A stretch of 64,000 bases of DNA, taken from positions 1-64,000 of the forward strand of contig QPMI01000516.1 in assembly GCA_004431415.1 (NCBI GenBank), given 5' to 3'. The notes beneath the pieces are model-generated. The model saw only the letters and a list, made by a program, of their open reading frames with translations. It had not been told where the DNA came from and did not search any database. The DNA is from Cyanophora paradoxa CCMP329 (Eukaryota > Plantae > Glaucophyta). Shown here piece by piece: positions 9,408 through 20,899 of the stretch. Both the position numbers and the translations under genes were made by a program. Each line of letters begins with the position of its first letter. The first letter of the stretch is position 1.

Positions 9408-10244
9408 CTATGCAGCGCAAATCAGCTCCCCCGTCCACATCGTCGGGCTTCCACCGGGCCACGCATACATGGTGCCTGAACTCACGTAGATGCTCACGTT
9501 GGTCCCGGCTGATAGGTATAGGATCGCATTTAGGGTCAGGTACTTTGGTGATGCATCAGTTGTTGCATCGGCGCTTTGGTAAATGTTGATTCCGCCTGGA
9601 TACTGCCCGTTCACATGCAGCTCAACGCCAGCTTCGGCTGTGGTCTTTGATGTCTGCCCCGTGAAGAGAAATCTGTACAGTCCCGTAACGGGGACAACAA
9701 ACTTTCCGGTACTGAAGTCACGAACATCCGGGGCAGAGCGCCCAGACCAGCCACTAAGGAAATCTTTGGTCCATTGTGTTATCTCACCTGGCCCGGAGAA
9801 GCTATCGGCGAGGCCCAAGCAAAACACAGGGCGGTTGGGCGTCTGGACGTTGCCAGTCAGCCTCAGATTGCCGTTCACCCTAAGGCCCCCCACAACATTC
9901 GCCCCTCCCCCCTGCACATACAGCGCCGCGTTCCCCTCCCCATCGGCAGTATTGTTAAAGGTCAGGGCGTTTGTGGTGTACCCGCTCCCGTCCCAGGCCC
10001 CGTTTGTCACCGTGAGCCTCTGCGTCCTCACGCGCCCCGGCACGGCCGATCCGCCCTCCCGCGTGCGCATCTTGTCGCAGCGCAGCTCGCCGACGCGGAC
10101 AAGGTCGGCCTCGGTGAAGGGGACGGCCGTGGCGTTGTAGGGGGCCTCGGTGGCCTGGTTGCCGAGGGTGGTCTCCTTAATCGTGTGATCGCCCTTGTGA
10201 TTCACGCTGGCAGCGTAGGTGAATAGAGGAACAGCAACAGACAT
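9408..10244 (-). CDS. Fibre-like protein with C-terminal C1q/TNF-like domain
   Basis: RPVF...FSTGKFVVPVTGLYRF...ILYLSAGTNVSI...WTGELI is a C1q pattern. Confidence 0.8.
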   Translation of the reverse strand: MSVAVPLFTYAASVNHKGDHTIKETTLGNQATEAPYNATAVPFTEADLVRVGELRCDKMRTREGGSAVPGRVRTQRLTVTNGAWDGSGYTTNALTFNNTADGEGNAALYVQGGGANVVGGLRVNGNLRLTGNVQTPNRPVFCLGLADSFSGPGEITQWTKDFLSGWSGRSAPDVRDFSTGKFVVPVTGLYRFLFTGQTSKTTAEAGVELHVNGQYPGGINIYQSADATTDASPKYLTLNAILYLSAGTNVSIYVSSGTMYAWPGGSPTMWTGELICAA

Positions 10245-10664
10245 TTTTGGATTGCATCAGAAAATCGATTACATAAGCAGCTTGCCGATCGCGGTCCAGT
10301 GAATGAAAAGCTGGACAATTTGGGTGGGTGTGACCGTCATTCTGGGCTGGAATCTCACTTTAACTGTAAAGCCAGTATGACTCACCGCCGTGACGTTGGT
10401 CCCGTAGAAATCGACATCCGTGCTGCCGCCAGGATTGATGTCGAACGAGGGGGTTACGTTAATAACCGGCGTCGGGTTTGCTGGGGTCCCCAATCCGCCT
10501 CCAGTGTCGTACGCCTGTCCGAATGTAATGTTGAACGTCACCGTGTATGTTGAATTGATGTTAAACTCCGTGTACGCAGCGTACGAGTGGAAGGACGTGC
10601 CGTGCGTTATGTACGCATCCATGTTCACGTTTCTGTGCCCGTGGCCGGTGAGCGAGTACTCTGT

Positions 10665-10793
10665 GTGACTGTGTGTAGAGGGGGGGAAGGTGAGAGGCTT
10701 CCCCGTAACTTGAGTTTCCCAGTCCACGTTGTGACTGTGAGTCGAGGGGGGGAAGGTGGCTGGCCTTCCCGTAACTTGAGTTTCCCAGTCCAC
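10665..10793. repeat. Tandem 66-bp coding repeat (VDWETQVTG.P.TFPPSTHSH x2)
   Basis: Near-identical units at 10665 and 10731. Confidence 0.9.
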
Positions 10794-11431
10794 GGTGATG
10801 TTCGACAAGTCGGGGGCCGTCCAGTCGCTGATTTCTGAGATGGTGTGCTGGTGATCTGCGTGGGGGTACGTGCTCGGCTTCCCCGTGATGTTACCCCACG
10901 CCCAAGTTGCTGGAATTGTCGGTATCGTCGGCCTCCCTTTTAGATCTTGGTACTCTCCTGTATGCGCCACGGCCGCCAGCTGCGGTACGGCGACGCCCAC
11001 GGTACTGATGGCCTGACTGGGCCCCGAGGGCACGTGCCACTCGTAGTTCTGCGCCGCAAACACGGGCTGACCGGGCGAGGGTGCCCAGTACTCGACGCCC
11101 TTGGCGATTGTTTTATTGTAGGGTGCCGCCGGTCTGTCCATCAATTTATCGACGTACCCCTTGGGCACGAGCCAGTTGGCCTTGGGGCTCTGCGTCGCCA
11201 CGCCGTTGTCGATGTAGGTGCCGTAATTTCGAAAGGCGCCCGGCTCCCACCACTCCTGCATCTGGAAGCGATCGGGCAGCTCGATGCGCGCGATGGTGCC
11301 GGGGAGGCGCACGATGCGCTTGTTTCCCATGTGGTAATCGCGCTCGTAGATGATCGCGTTGCCTGGCCCGCCGCCGCCGCCGATGGGCGGAAGGGGCAGG
11401 AGGGGCGGAAGGGGTGGGAGGGGCGGGATAG

Positions 11432-12293
11432 CTAAAATCTCTTGCATTAGCACACAACACAACTACAATGAGTTTCACATCGCCCAATAAATCTCTCCGA
11501 CTAGATACTATCGAGGACCGTCGTATGCTGTGCTTTAGAAAGTACAAAATGAACGAAAGGTTTGAAGGGTTCGTGTCTAGATATCTAGCTAAGGAGGTTT
11601 CTAACTAATACTAATGATGTGGAAGCTAGCTGTATCGATTTCTAAACCAACCTAAACTCCCGGCTACGAGGTCCTATCTCTACAAAAGACTCCCAATCAT
11701 GGTATGTCCGCCGCCAGCGCTGCCCAAGGGCCTCGCCGCGCCGTGTGCCAGGCTCCTCGCCAGCCCCAGTAGATTGGGCTACTGGCCGCCTCCTGCCGTC
11801 GCCTCCGCCGCCTCCATTTGTTGGTGTTGCGTCCTCCGGCCCCGCCCCAGACCGCAATCCCCCAGTGTCTCCCTCTAGCGCGGGCGCGCCCTCTGTGTGC
11901 CCACGCCCCAAGCATACCTGTTCGTATGGTCGTATACTTGCATGGCCGCTGAAGCCCGGACCCAGCCGTAGTCGTCTGGCGGGCAGCTCAGGTGTGAGAG
12001 GGCTAGGGTTTCCCCGCCTTGGTGGCGGGACTCGAGGGCACCGCACTCCCTGCAGCGTTCCCGCTGCCGGGGCTCCGGATCCGCGCGCTTCCTGCGAGCG
12101 TTGCCAGCCGTATCGTCAGGCGGCGCGTCGGCCTCGCGCCCGCGCGCCTCAGTGCGCTTCGCCTTGGCGCGACGTTCTTTCATGACCTTCGTGATCCCGC
12201 ACGCCTTCTCCCACTCCGCGTACGCCTGGCATCTGGCGGCCCACGTTTTATGGGCCTGCTCGCCTATGGCCGTCGTCAGCTTGCGCACGACCT
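11432..12293 (-). mobile_element. 5'-truncated non-LTR-retrotransposon-like insertion flanked by a 38-bp direct duplication
   Basis: 11394-11431 equals 12294-12331 with one mismatch. The insert holds an ORF tail (KTWAARC.AYAEWEK...CRECG...H) followed by AT-rich non-coding DNA. Confidence 0.65.
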
Positions 12294-15200
12294 GGGCAGG
12301 AGGAGCGGAAGGGGTGGGAGGGGCGGGATAGGGGGGATGGGGGGAATGGGGGGGATGGGCGGCAGGCCGGGCGGGCTGAAGGAGGGCGGGCTGGGAGGGG
12401 AGGGTACGCCGCCCGGGCCCGAGGGGGGGTTGGGGGCCGTGGGCGGCGAGATGGGGGGGTTGCGCTGTGGCGGGGGCGGGCCCTGGCTCGTGGGAGGGCC
12501 GGGCTTGGGCGTCTCGGGGGCGATCTTCGGGGCCTGGAATCCCTTGAAGAGATCCTTGACGAAATCCGTGATGCGCGGTCCCAGAAACTCCCAGAGCTTC
12601 GAGAGGATCAAGTCGACCACGATTCCGATCGCGGTCGAGATCGCCACCTCCTTTGCAATCTGCGCGACCTGATCCCTGGTGACGTACCCCCCGTTGGCGA
12701 TCGCCTGCATGACGAGCCCACCGATAAAATCCTGTAGCCCCGACGAGACGGTACCGGCGATCAGCATCTTCGTCATGCTGGGGATTTCGCGCTTCAGCTG
12801 CTGCCAGGCGCTGTCCGTCTCCGCGCGAATCTTATCCTTCTTCGAGCTCACCTCCGAGCGCGCGTAGTCTTCCAGCTCTTGGCGCGCCCTCCTGTTCATC
12901 TCGGCGATTTCCTTGTCCAGCAGGCTCCAGTCTCCCGGCTTCACCTGCCCCCTGCCGTAAGGCGCAAGCACGTTCCTTAGGATGGTGTTTGCGTCGCCCA
13001 CGACTCGCGCGGCAGGCGGCTCGCGGCTCCGGTCGATCGGCAGGAAGCCCGGCGCGGGGCGCAGGCCGCTCCCGCCCACCGGCTCGGCCCCCCGCACGTC
13101 CAGGGCGTCGGGGTCCGGGGCGTTGCGCTGGACGGGCAGGTTGGCGGGCGACGGGCGCAGGCCCCAGCCCCCCGCCGGCTCAAACCGGTCGGGCCTCAGG
13201 TCGCCGCGCGAGACGCTGACGGGCCGGCCCGTCCGCCTGTCTCGCATGACGAGGGGCGCGCGGGGTACAATGTCCCGGGGCAGGCCTACCCCCGCCGCCG
13301 AGTCGACGGAGCTCCGCACCGAGCCGACGCTCGAGGGAGGTGGGCTCGGCCTGACCTGGGGCGGGGGCGGGTTGCGGATGACGGTGCGCGCCGTGCCATC
13401 GCCCGCCTCTCCGCTCGCGATGGACTGCACGTCGGCTCGCTGGCTGTATGGCAGAGTGGGCGCATCGCTGTAAGGGATTGTAGAAGCATCGCTCGCATCG
13501 CTTCTCGCAACGCTCACGGCGCTCCTGTTGTCGTAGGGGATGGTAGGGGGGATTGTGGTCGAGGCGGCCGTCGTCTCTCGGGGGGCGCGCGCCTGGCCCA
13601 TGAACTCCTGCAGCCTGCGCTCGGCCTCCAGGCGGGCCTGGCCCGACGTCCACGAGTTGCCCGACAGGCCGCTGTAGCCCGAGATCTGCGAGCGGGGGCT
13701 GGGGGGCGGCAGGTCGGTGGCGGGGCCGGGGATGGAGCCCGCGAGGGAGGGGGCGGAGGGGGGCCTTGCCGGGGGGATGGCGAGGGCCTGGTTTGCCCTG
13801 CGCATCTCCGGATCGGAGGTATCGGAGGGTGGCGCACCGGGGCCGGACCTCACGGAGAAGCCGGAGGAGATGGAGCCGGAGGAGAGGCGCGAAAGGGAGG
13901 GGGGCCCGCTGGAGGGGAGGCCGCTGGGAGGGGCGGGGTCGGAGCCGACGACGGAGGGGCTGGGCGGGGGCCTCGAGGGCTGCGCGCCGCGGGCCAGCGT
14001 GTCGTTTGCCTGCCGAAATTCGGGGTCGGAGGTGTCGGAGAAGGCGCCCGCAATCTCGGATGCCACGGACGCGACGTCGGAGCCGCCCTGCAGGTTGGGG
14101 AGGGTGTGGTAGCGCGTATCGGGATTCATGCGCCCCGTCGGCCCCGGGAGCCCAGGCGCCGGTGCCTGGCCCGCCGACGAGGCCCTGGAGCCCGCCCTGG
14201 AGGCCGCCCTGAGCGCCTGCTGGTAGTCTCGCAGGGCCGCCCGCTCCTCAGGCCTTCTGCGCCGCCTCAGCTCGGCCTCCGCCGCCTGCAGCCTGCGCCT
14301 GTCCATCTCCGCGTTGACGCGCTGCATCTCGGGGTCGGATGTATCGGAGAACCCTGCGGAGGAGGCCGCACCCGACTCCACGCGCCCGTACCCCGAGCGC
14401 TGGCTCCCCAGCGAGCCGTTGTCGAAGCCCGGGGCCGCGGACGACCGCGACTCGGTCACGAAGCTCACCTCGCTCGGCGAGACGGGCCGCGAGTGGAAGC
14501 TCACGACGCTGCCCACGTCCGAGGGCGGGCGGATGGCCTCCTGTATCATGAGCCCCTGCGGCCGCTGCCCCTGCAGTATGTTCCGCACGGCCGTCGTGTT
14601 GATTGCGCGTGGGTCGAAGCCCCACACGCCCGCCCCCATCTCGCGCAAGAAGCGCCGCGAGTAATCCGAGTCCTCCCAGAGGAAATCCGAGAAGGCCCGG
14701 TTCTCCGCCCCGAAGAACGTGTCGTCGAGGCGCAGGTTTTGGTTGTTGCGCGCCAGCCGCAGCATCCCCTCCGTCCAGGCATCCTCGCCCGCCCTCGTGA
14801 GCCGCGCGTCGGGCAGTATCCGAATCCACTCCGCCACGTTGTTCTGGCGCTCGTACTCGGCCTGCGTCCTGCGCGCCCCCTCCAGCAGCTCGTCCGCCCG
14901 CCTGCCCCAGCGCTCCTGCTCGCGTGGCGTAAAGGAGGGGTCCCTGATGGGGTTCTCCGCGAAGAACCGCGCCACGTACCCCGCCTGCGCGTCGCCCTGC
15001 GTCCAGGCGCGCCCGCTCCTCGTCCAGCGTCCGCTGCTGTGCGGGTCCCGGCCTTGCGAAAATTCCCTCCAGCCGCTCCCGCTCCTGCCTCTGCGTCAGG
15101 GCGCGGTACTCCGCCGCCTCGCGCGCCCGCCGCTCCTGTTCCATCTGGTGCGTGATCTGCTGCTCGTCCCGCGACAGCTGCATGCGCCTGTTGAAATCCT

Positions 15201-16165
15201 CCTGCTCCGCGCGCTCCCTTCGCGCCACCCTGTCCATGTCGTCGATCAGGCCGCCCGCGTTCGCGTAGAGCCCGCCGACGCGCGCCCCCTCGTCCGCCAA
15301 AGCCGCGTCCCTCCTATCCCTCTGCGCCTGCCGCCAGCCGTTGACGGCCGTGCGCGCCCTTCGCCCCAGGGCCCCGGCCATGAGCGCCGCGCCCAGGCCT
15401 CCCAGGCCCCCGAGCGCGAGCCCCGCGAGAATGCGCGCCAGCTCGTCCGCCCCTCCGTTGCCGGGCGGGCCCTGCCGCCCCTCCGGCCCCATCGGCCCCG
15501 GGCTCGTGCCCGGCGGCTTCTCGTCCCCGATGTCGGTTCGCGTGAGGGCGCGGATGTCGATGCCGAATTTATCGAACCAGTTGAGGAACTCCTTGCGGTC
15601 CCTGGCGTACTCGTTGGACTCGTAGTACGTGCGCGAGAGGGGGTCCGCCTGCCAGTAGAATTCGCGGAGGGGGCCCGCGAAGCGCGTGATGGCGTTCTGC
15701 GCCCCCACGTTCGTGCCCGTCGGCCTCAGGCTCCTGCTTACCACGTTGTTCGCGCCCAGGTTTAGCGTCTCCTGCAGCGCCACGTCCCCCGAGATGGCCC
15801 CCCACCTCAGGCTCACGATCTCGGAGCCGTCCCCGTGGAATTTATCCACCCACGCGTCCGCGATTCGATCGTCCGCCTTCCCTAGATCCGTCTGCCTGGT
15901 GTCGCGCGGAATAATCGCAACGTGCGTCGGCGAGTGGTTGTAATCGCGCAGGCTGAGGTACTGTCCCCCGGACCCGCCCGCGATCATCTGTATGTACTGC
16001 GCCAGCGAGAGCAGGGCACCGTCAATGAGAAGGCTCACGGACTTGGCCCGCAGATCTCGCACGTGCAGCACGCCGTCCACCGCGATGGCGCCGTTCAGCA
16101 CCTCGTCCAGCGGCGGTAAGAGCGATCTCCAGTCGTCCATCTTGCAGCGCCCAGAGAAAAAATAA

Positions 16166-16681
16166 TCAGGAGGCGAGGGTGCGCGTTGGCTCCCAGCAGT
16201 ACTGGATCAGCCCGCTGATGTACCGATCCGCCTGCGTCCAGGCCCCGTCCGGGGGCTGCCAGATCACCTCCACGGTCGTGTTAGCGAGCGTTGTCGTGAT
16301 GCTGTTATCGTTCGCGGGAACGGGCGCCCCGCCCAGGAACCGAACCGTCGGGGTCCAGATGGGCTTTACCGTCCCCTCTACCCCCTCCCCGTGCCCCTTT
16401 GAGTACCCCTCCCTCGTCGCCCTCACCCTGTACGAGTACTGCCCCGTCTCCGCGTCGACCCCCCTGTAACTAAATTCGAGCGTGAGTCCCAGATCCTGCC
16501 AGTCTAGCTCTACCCCCTCCCCGTTTCGAAGGCTCACGTGCGAGAGGCTTTGCAGCGTTGCGTGTTTAATTGGACCCGCGGTTTCCAACAGATCGAAGCG
16601 AAGGGAAATGGGCAGGTCTGCGGGGGGGATCCGCGAGAAGAATCTCTTGCGGCAGCGCTTCCCAAAGATGAAGAGGCGCAT
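16166..16681 (-). CDS. Hypothetical beta-rich protein (possible structural)
   Basis: 171-aa ORF preceded by a variant of the viral upstream motif, in the structural block. Confidence 0.6.
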   Translation of the reverse strand: MRLFIFGKRCRKRFFSRIPPADLPISLRFDLLETAGPIKHATLQSLSHVSLRNGEGVELDWQDLGLTLEFSYRGVDAETGQYSYRVRATREGYSKGHGEGVEGTVKPIWTPTVRFLGGAPVPANDNSITTTLANTTVEVIWQPPDGAWTQADRYISGLIQYCWEPTRTLAS

Positions 16682-16710
16682 TTAAGGGGCCTACGGAAAA
16701 TCTAGCCGGC

Positions 16711-17160
16711 CTACTTGGCGTAGGCCCAGAGGCCGAAGTTCTTGACGATGTAGGCGCCGTTCTTCTGCGTGGCGCCCGCTATGTCCGTGAAGCGCACGCG
16801 CATCTCGTGGAATTTATCGTAGGCCGTGTAATTCGGGCGCACGGCCATGGGCACCTCGAACCAGTAGAGGATGGTGTTCTCGAGGCCGTCGTGGCCCCAC
16901 GTCGGGATCACGACCTTGTTGATGCACGTGTTGACGTTCGAGATGGTCGTGACGTTCAAGTCGGGAACGTCCATCAGCAGAACGTTGACGGTTTTCGCGG
17001 TCTCCGGGTCCGGAATCGCGGTCGTGTCCAACTCCAGGTAGACTCCCTTGATCTGCAGCGTGTCGATGTCGGAGGGGATCTGGTTCAGCCTGAGGCGCCA
17101 GAAGCCCTCGGAATCCTGCGTCTCTCCGTTCGACTGGACGTAGAGGTTAACGCAGGACAT
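16711..17160 (-). CDS. Candidate minor capsid (penton-like single jelly-roll) protein
   Basis: LYVQS..F.LRL..IDTLQIKGVYL..MRVRFTDIAG pattern resembles NCLDV/PLV pentons. Confidence 0.45.
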   Translation of the reverse strand: MSCVNLYVQSNGETQDSEGFWRLRLNQIPSDIDTLQIKGVYLELDTTAIPDPETAKTVNVLLMDVPDLNVTTISNVNTCINKVVIPTWGHDGLENTILYWFEVPMAVRPNYTAYDKFHEMRVRFTDIAGATQKNGAYIVKNFGLWAYAK

Positions 17161-17189
17161 TATTTAGGGCCTTAGGAGGGGCTGAGAAA

Positions 17190-17378
17190 TTAAGCCCGCT
17201 TCGGTCCCATGTTCAGGAGGGTGGGCCCCACGAAGTAGTAGCCCGCGAATTGCGCGAGGAGGATCCGCAGCAGGTAGTAGCGCGCGGGCGACATGTACGC
17301 AACGGCGCCGAGGGTCAGCAGGCTGCCCAGGTAGCGCGAATCGCTGAGGATGTTGTCGAGGCTCGGCAGGGACATCAT
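17190..17378 (-). CDS. Small membrane protein
   Basis: 62 aa with two hydrophobic segments; TTTCT motif upstream. Confidence 0.6.
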   Translation of the reverse strand: MMSLPSLDNILSDSRYLGSLLTLGAVAYMSPARYYLLRILLAQFAGYYFVGPTLLNMGPKRA

Positions 17379-17406
17379 TCTCGGGTTTAAGGCCCCTTTC
17401 AGAAAT

Positions 17407-17763
17407 TTACTTGGGCATGAAGAAATTCCTGACGCGCTCTCCCTCCTCGTGCAGCGCCCACTGCAGCCGGTCGATGACGGCGGCCATCACGGGCGGGCTC
17501 GCGGCGGGGTTTTTCGCGTACGCCCTGGCGTCCTCTGCCATCTGGGGGTGGTACTGCTCGACCCGCTTGGCGTAGCTCGCGATGGCGCGGCGGGTGCACC
17601 GATCCAGGTCAGCCGCCATTTCGGCCGGTGCCTTCGGCTGCTGCTGCTTCTTTCGCGCGTAAGTCCTAAGAAGCCAAGGGTAGGCCGTGGTGCTGCTGCT
17701 GGTGCTGGTGTTGGTGGGCGCTGGAGCCTCTGCGCTGGGGGCTGGTGTCGCGGGAGTCTCCAT
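17407..17763 (-). CDS. Hypothetical protein
   Basis: 118-aa ORF preceded by TTTTTTCTAG. Confidence 0.6.
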   Translation of the reverse strand: METPATPAPSAEAPAPTNTSTSSSTTAYPWLLRTYARKKQQQPKAPAEMAADLDRCTRRAIASYAKRVEQYHPQMAEDARAYAKNPAASPPVMAAVIDRLQWALHEEGERVRNFFMPK

Positions 17764-18060
17764 TTCCCATGTTCTCTAGAAAAAAACGCGTACCGGTCTG
17801 CGTCATCTGAATGTCCACGTGGTGCGGGCCTATGTTCTGGACGCTCTCGCGCCTCTGCTCGGGCGGGGGCTCGGGCTCGGGCTGCCCGCGGCGCACGACC
17901 CTAAGGGCCGCCGCCTTCAGGGCGCCCAGCACGGTGTTGGGGCGCACTCGCTCCGTGCCGCCCAGCAGCTCGGAAATCAGGAAGAGCGCGCCGCATACGA
18001 CGGTGATGACGTCCGAGTGGGTGCATTCCCCTGGAACATCTTGCGGGCGCGTCAGATTAA

Positions 18061-20040
18061 TTAACCGCGGCCCCTGCCCCTTCCGCGCCCCTTGCCCTTT
18101 CCGCGCCCGCGGCCCAGCCCTCCGATCTCGGCGGCCTGCGGCGCGAAGCGCGGATCGTCCGAGGGGGCGGACTCCGTCTGGAAGATGGAGAAGAGGTAGC
18201 CGTCCGTGTTGTTGTCGGTGTTATTCTGGTTGCGCGCGTGCGACCACTGCTTCAGCAGGTCGCGCCGCTGCGTCTCGGGCAGCGTCTTCGTGAGGTACTC
18301 CTGCAGCCGCCCGCCGTAATTTTCCTCCGGAATCAGCTCGGCGAGGATGGTGGGCGGGTCTTTTCCCATGCCGATTCTCCCTCGGTTCAGGTCGTCGATG
18401 AGCTCCGCGTTCTGCAGGATTCTCTCCGCGTCCTGCCCCGCCTCTTGCTGCAGCTGCTCCACCAGCCTCCTTCCGGCCTCCGCGAATTTGCCGGCCAGAA
18501 TTTCGCCCAGCCTCTCGTAGACGGTTGTCGTACCCGGCTCCTTTTCCTTGAGTACCACGGCCCAATCGTACTTTGCCCAGAGCACCTGCAGGTTCGATAT
18601 GTGGTCGATCGTGACGAGCACGTGGGCGTGCAGGCAGCCGTCGGTCGGCCCCACTTCCACGCCCCCCTGCACGCGAATTCCGATGATGGCGTTTGCAAAG
18701 GTATCGTCCTTGTACTTGCCGTCCTCTTCCTTTAAATTAAATCGAATGAACTTGTAGAATTCGGCGTCCGAGAGCACCTGGGCCAGGCTGCCGCGGAAGG
18801 CCTCCACCTCGAATTCTCTCGCGGCGCCCAGCCTCTTGTGTGTGTTGAAGAGCACCCAGTACCGCGACTGGCGCGCCTGTCGAATATCGTAGCGCGTGCT
18901 GCCGTCGGCGTTCTTTTTGTTGAGGATGAAAACCGAGCGGCCCGTCTCGTTGATTTCGGTGATGACCTTTTCGAGCGCCTCCAGCCCGTTGGCCCTCGCG
19001 GCCTGCAGCCCCGTTTTCGTCTTTTCTATGTTCTCCCTCACCTCCGTCGATTTCCTCAGGATCTCGTCGATCCTGCTCATGTCGGGCGCGGCGATATCCT
19101 GCTTCCTAATTTTCTCCTGGCCCGACCCCGGCGCGATGGTCGACTGGCCGAAGGCGGCGGCCATATCCTTGGCGGATTTCGAGGCCTTCGTCTTCGGGCC
19201 GCCCAGCACCGTCTGCGCCATCTGATTCTGCGCCTGCGCCGACACGGCCGTGGTGTCGCCCCTCTTGCGCCGCTGCAGGCCCAAATTCGCGAGGAGGCCG
19301 CGATCGTCCAGGAATCGGTAGCACTGCATGCAGAGCCACGAGTTCTTCGGGTACACCGGGGGCAGCTGCGCGGGCTTCTTGTCTTTGATCGGGGGGTACT
19401 TGTTTTTTGGCCTTTGCGCCTTCGCCCACTCGTTTGCCTTGTCGACCTTTTTCGCGTAATCGGCGTACGCGGCCTCCTTCTTCGCGGTCGCCTCCGCGAC
19501 GGCCTCCGCGGTGCCCTTTTTGCGGGGTATGCTCGGGATTTCGTACATGAGGCGCAGGCAGCGGTAGCAGACGGGCGGCGATTTTTGGGCGCTCTGGAAG
19601 GCGCGCGGGATGGCCCGCAGGCGCTCCTCGGGCAGCGCGTCGTAGAACTGCTTGCTGTGGATGCTCCAGAACGTGGCATCTTCGTAGTAGGCGTCGAGCG
19701 CCTTGGTTTCCGGTACCTGGACGCGCGTGATCGGATCCTTGAGAATTTTAACTACATCCGGGATGCCCTTCTGCATTTCGATGATCTGCCCGTTTTCGCC
19801 CTCGACCAGCACGGCCCGCTTTGGAATTTCGACTATGGGCATATCGAGCTCGTTGTATTTCTTTTCCTTCATCTTCTTCCCCCGCTTCCCCTTTGGCTTC
19901 GGCTCATCCTCGGCCTCTTCCTCGTCTACCTCTTCCTCTGATTCCGACTCTGGCTTCTCCTCCTCTTCCTCGTACGCCGACCCCTCGGATTCGCTCTCCG
20001 GCTTCTTCTTGCGGCCTCGGCGCTTCGGAGGCATTTTCAT
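18061..20040 (-). CDS. Long HUH-superfamily endonuclease with charged N-terminus and CxxC...CxxC Zn finger
   Basis: Motif I YWVLFNTH, motif II EVGPTDGCLHAHVLV, motif III YLTK; CYRC and CMQC. Confidence 0.8.
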   Translation of the reverse strand: MKMPPKRRGRKKKPESESEGSAYEEEEEKPESESEEEVDEEEAEDEPKPKGKRGKKMKEKKYNELDMPIVEIPKRAVLVEGENGQIIEMQKGIPDVVKILKDPITRVQVPETKALDAYYEDATFWSIHSKQFYDALPEERLRAIPRAFQSAQKSPPVCYRCLRLMYEIPSIPRKKGTAEAVAEATAKKEAAYADYAKKVDKANEWAKAQRPKNKYPPIKDKKPAQLPPVYPKNSWLCMQCYRFLDDRGLLANLGLQRRKRGDTTAVSAQAQNQMAQTVLGGPKTKASKSAKDMAAAFGQSTIAPGSGQEKIRKQDIAAPDMSRIDEILRKSTEVRENIEKTKTGLQAARANGLEALEKVITEINETGRSVFILNKKNADGSTRYDIRQARQSRYWVLFNTHKRLGAAREFEVEAFRGSLAQVLSDAEFYKFIRFNLKEEDGKYKDDTFANAIIGIRVQGGVEVGPTDGCLHAHVLVTIDHISNLQVLWAKYDWAVVLKEKEPGTTTVYERLGEILAGKFAEAGRRLVEQLQQEAGQDAERILQNAELIDDLNRGRIGMGKDPPTILAELIPEENYGGRLQEYLTKTLPETQRRDLLKQWSHARNQNNTDNNTDGYLFSIFQTESAPSDDPRFAPQAAEIGGLGRGRGKGKGRGRGRGRG

Positions 20041-20057
20041 TGGCTACAAGAAAAAAT

Positions 20058-20899
20058 TTACACGAGCTTTACGGCGCCCGTCTCGAGGGCCTCTACCGTC
20101 TTCGTAATGTACAGCTGCAGCAGATCCTTGAGGTTGCTCTGCGGTAGCAATTTTACGTCTACGTGCATCTGCCTGGCGGTTTCTCGCTTCCTGTAGCCCG
20201 TCTCCTTGCCCGTCCACTGCATGCCGAGGGCGTCCTTTCTCCGTATCGGGCGCACCGCCGTCTTCTGGTACTCCTCTCCGAACCAGTCGTCCTTGTAAAA
20301 ATTCGGCAGGCCGCCCTGCCCCTCCGTCCGCATGAAATCGATGAGGAAATCCGACGCCCGCTTGCCGTCGAATTGCACGCGCGAGTAGTGCACCAGCGTG
20401 AGCAGGATGTGCGCGTGTAGCCGCCCCGACCGCGGCCCGTACTCGATGCCGATGTTCGCGTTGCCCCTCTCCACGTGCGTATCGTACTGGTCGGACTTGA
20501 AATCGAAGCCCTTGGGGTTCGCCTTGTCGGGGTACACCCCCATCTTTATGCACCGCGCCAGCTGCCTGTCGTCGTAGAAGAGGGCCTCCAGCCCCTGTGA
20601 AAGGCGTCCTGCACCTTGGAGCCTTCTCCCCTGCTCCGCGGCTTGTAGTTGGTCTGGATGGTGATCATGAAATTCGACTCGCGCTGGGGCCGATCCTCTC
20701 CGTTCAGTTTCCTCACGGGCGCCGCGTCCAGCACCTTCTGGAACCACGTCTTGTCGGGTGCCAGCACCTTGTCGTTGATGTTGCCCACCACGATGTGAGT
20801 CTCTACCCGGGAGCGGCCGGAGGCGTCCATGCGGAGGTGCGGGTTCGGGGCGCGGGCTTGCCTGTTTGCTGCTACGCCCCTCGCGATGAGGTTGAGCAT
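20058..20899 (-). CDS. HUH-superfamily (rolling-circle Rep-like) endonuclease, one frameshift near 20595
   Basis: Motif I FMITIQTN, motif II EYGPRSGRLHAHILL, motif III YITK; the frames join by adding one G to a G-run. Confidence 0.85.

Larger units (their letters stand above)
10269..16140 (-). pseudogene. Very large virion/fibre protein (~1,650 aa) interrupted by an insertion (11432-12293) and a frameshift near 15010; phage tail-fibre HxH repeats at the C-terminus
   Basis: ORFs 14248-16140, 12276-14975 and 10269-11462. The last two become one frame when the 900-bp insertion plus duplication is removed. WGNITGKPSTYPHADHQH and VTGKP.TFPPSTHSH repeats. Confidence 0.75.

Noticed and set aside
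8604-11431. Diversity-generating retroelement (GNA-loop hairpin next to fibre/lectin genes)
   Set aside because: No reverse transcriptase in the window and no template/variable repeat pair differing at adenines.
11432-12293. Insertion could be a spliceable intron (GT/GTGCGC near one end, TTTTAG at the other on the minus strand)
   Set aside because: The donor/acceptor pairs tested (12291 or 12288 with 11432, 11439 or 11441) all leave a frameshift.
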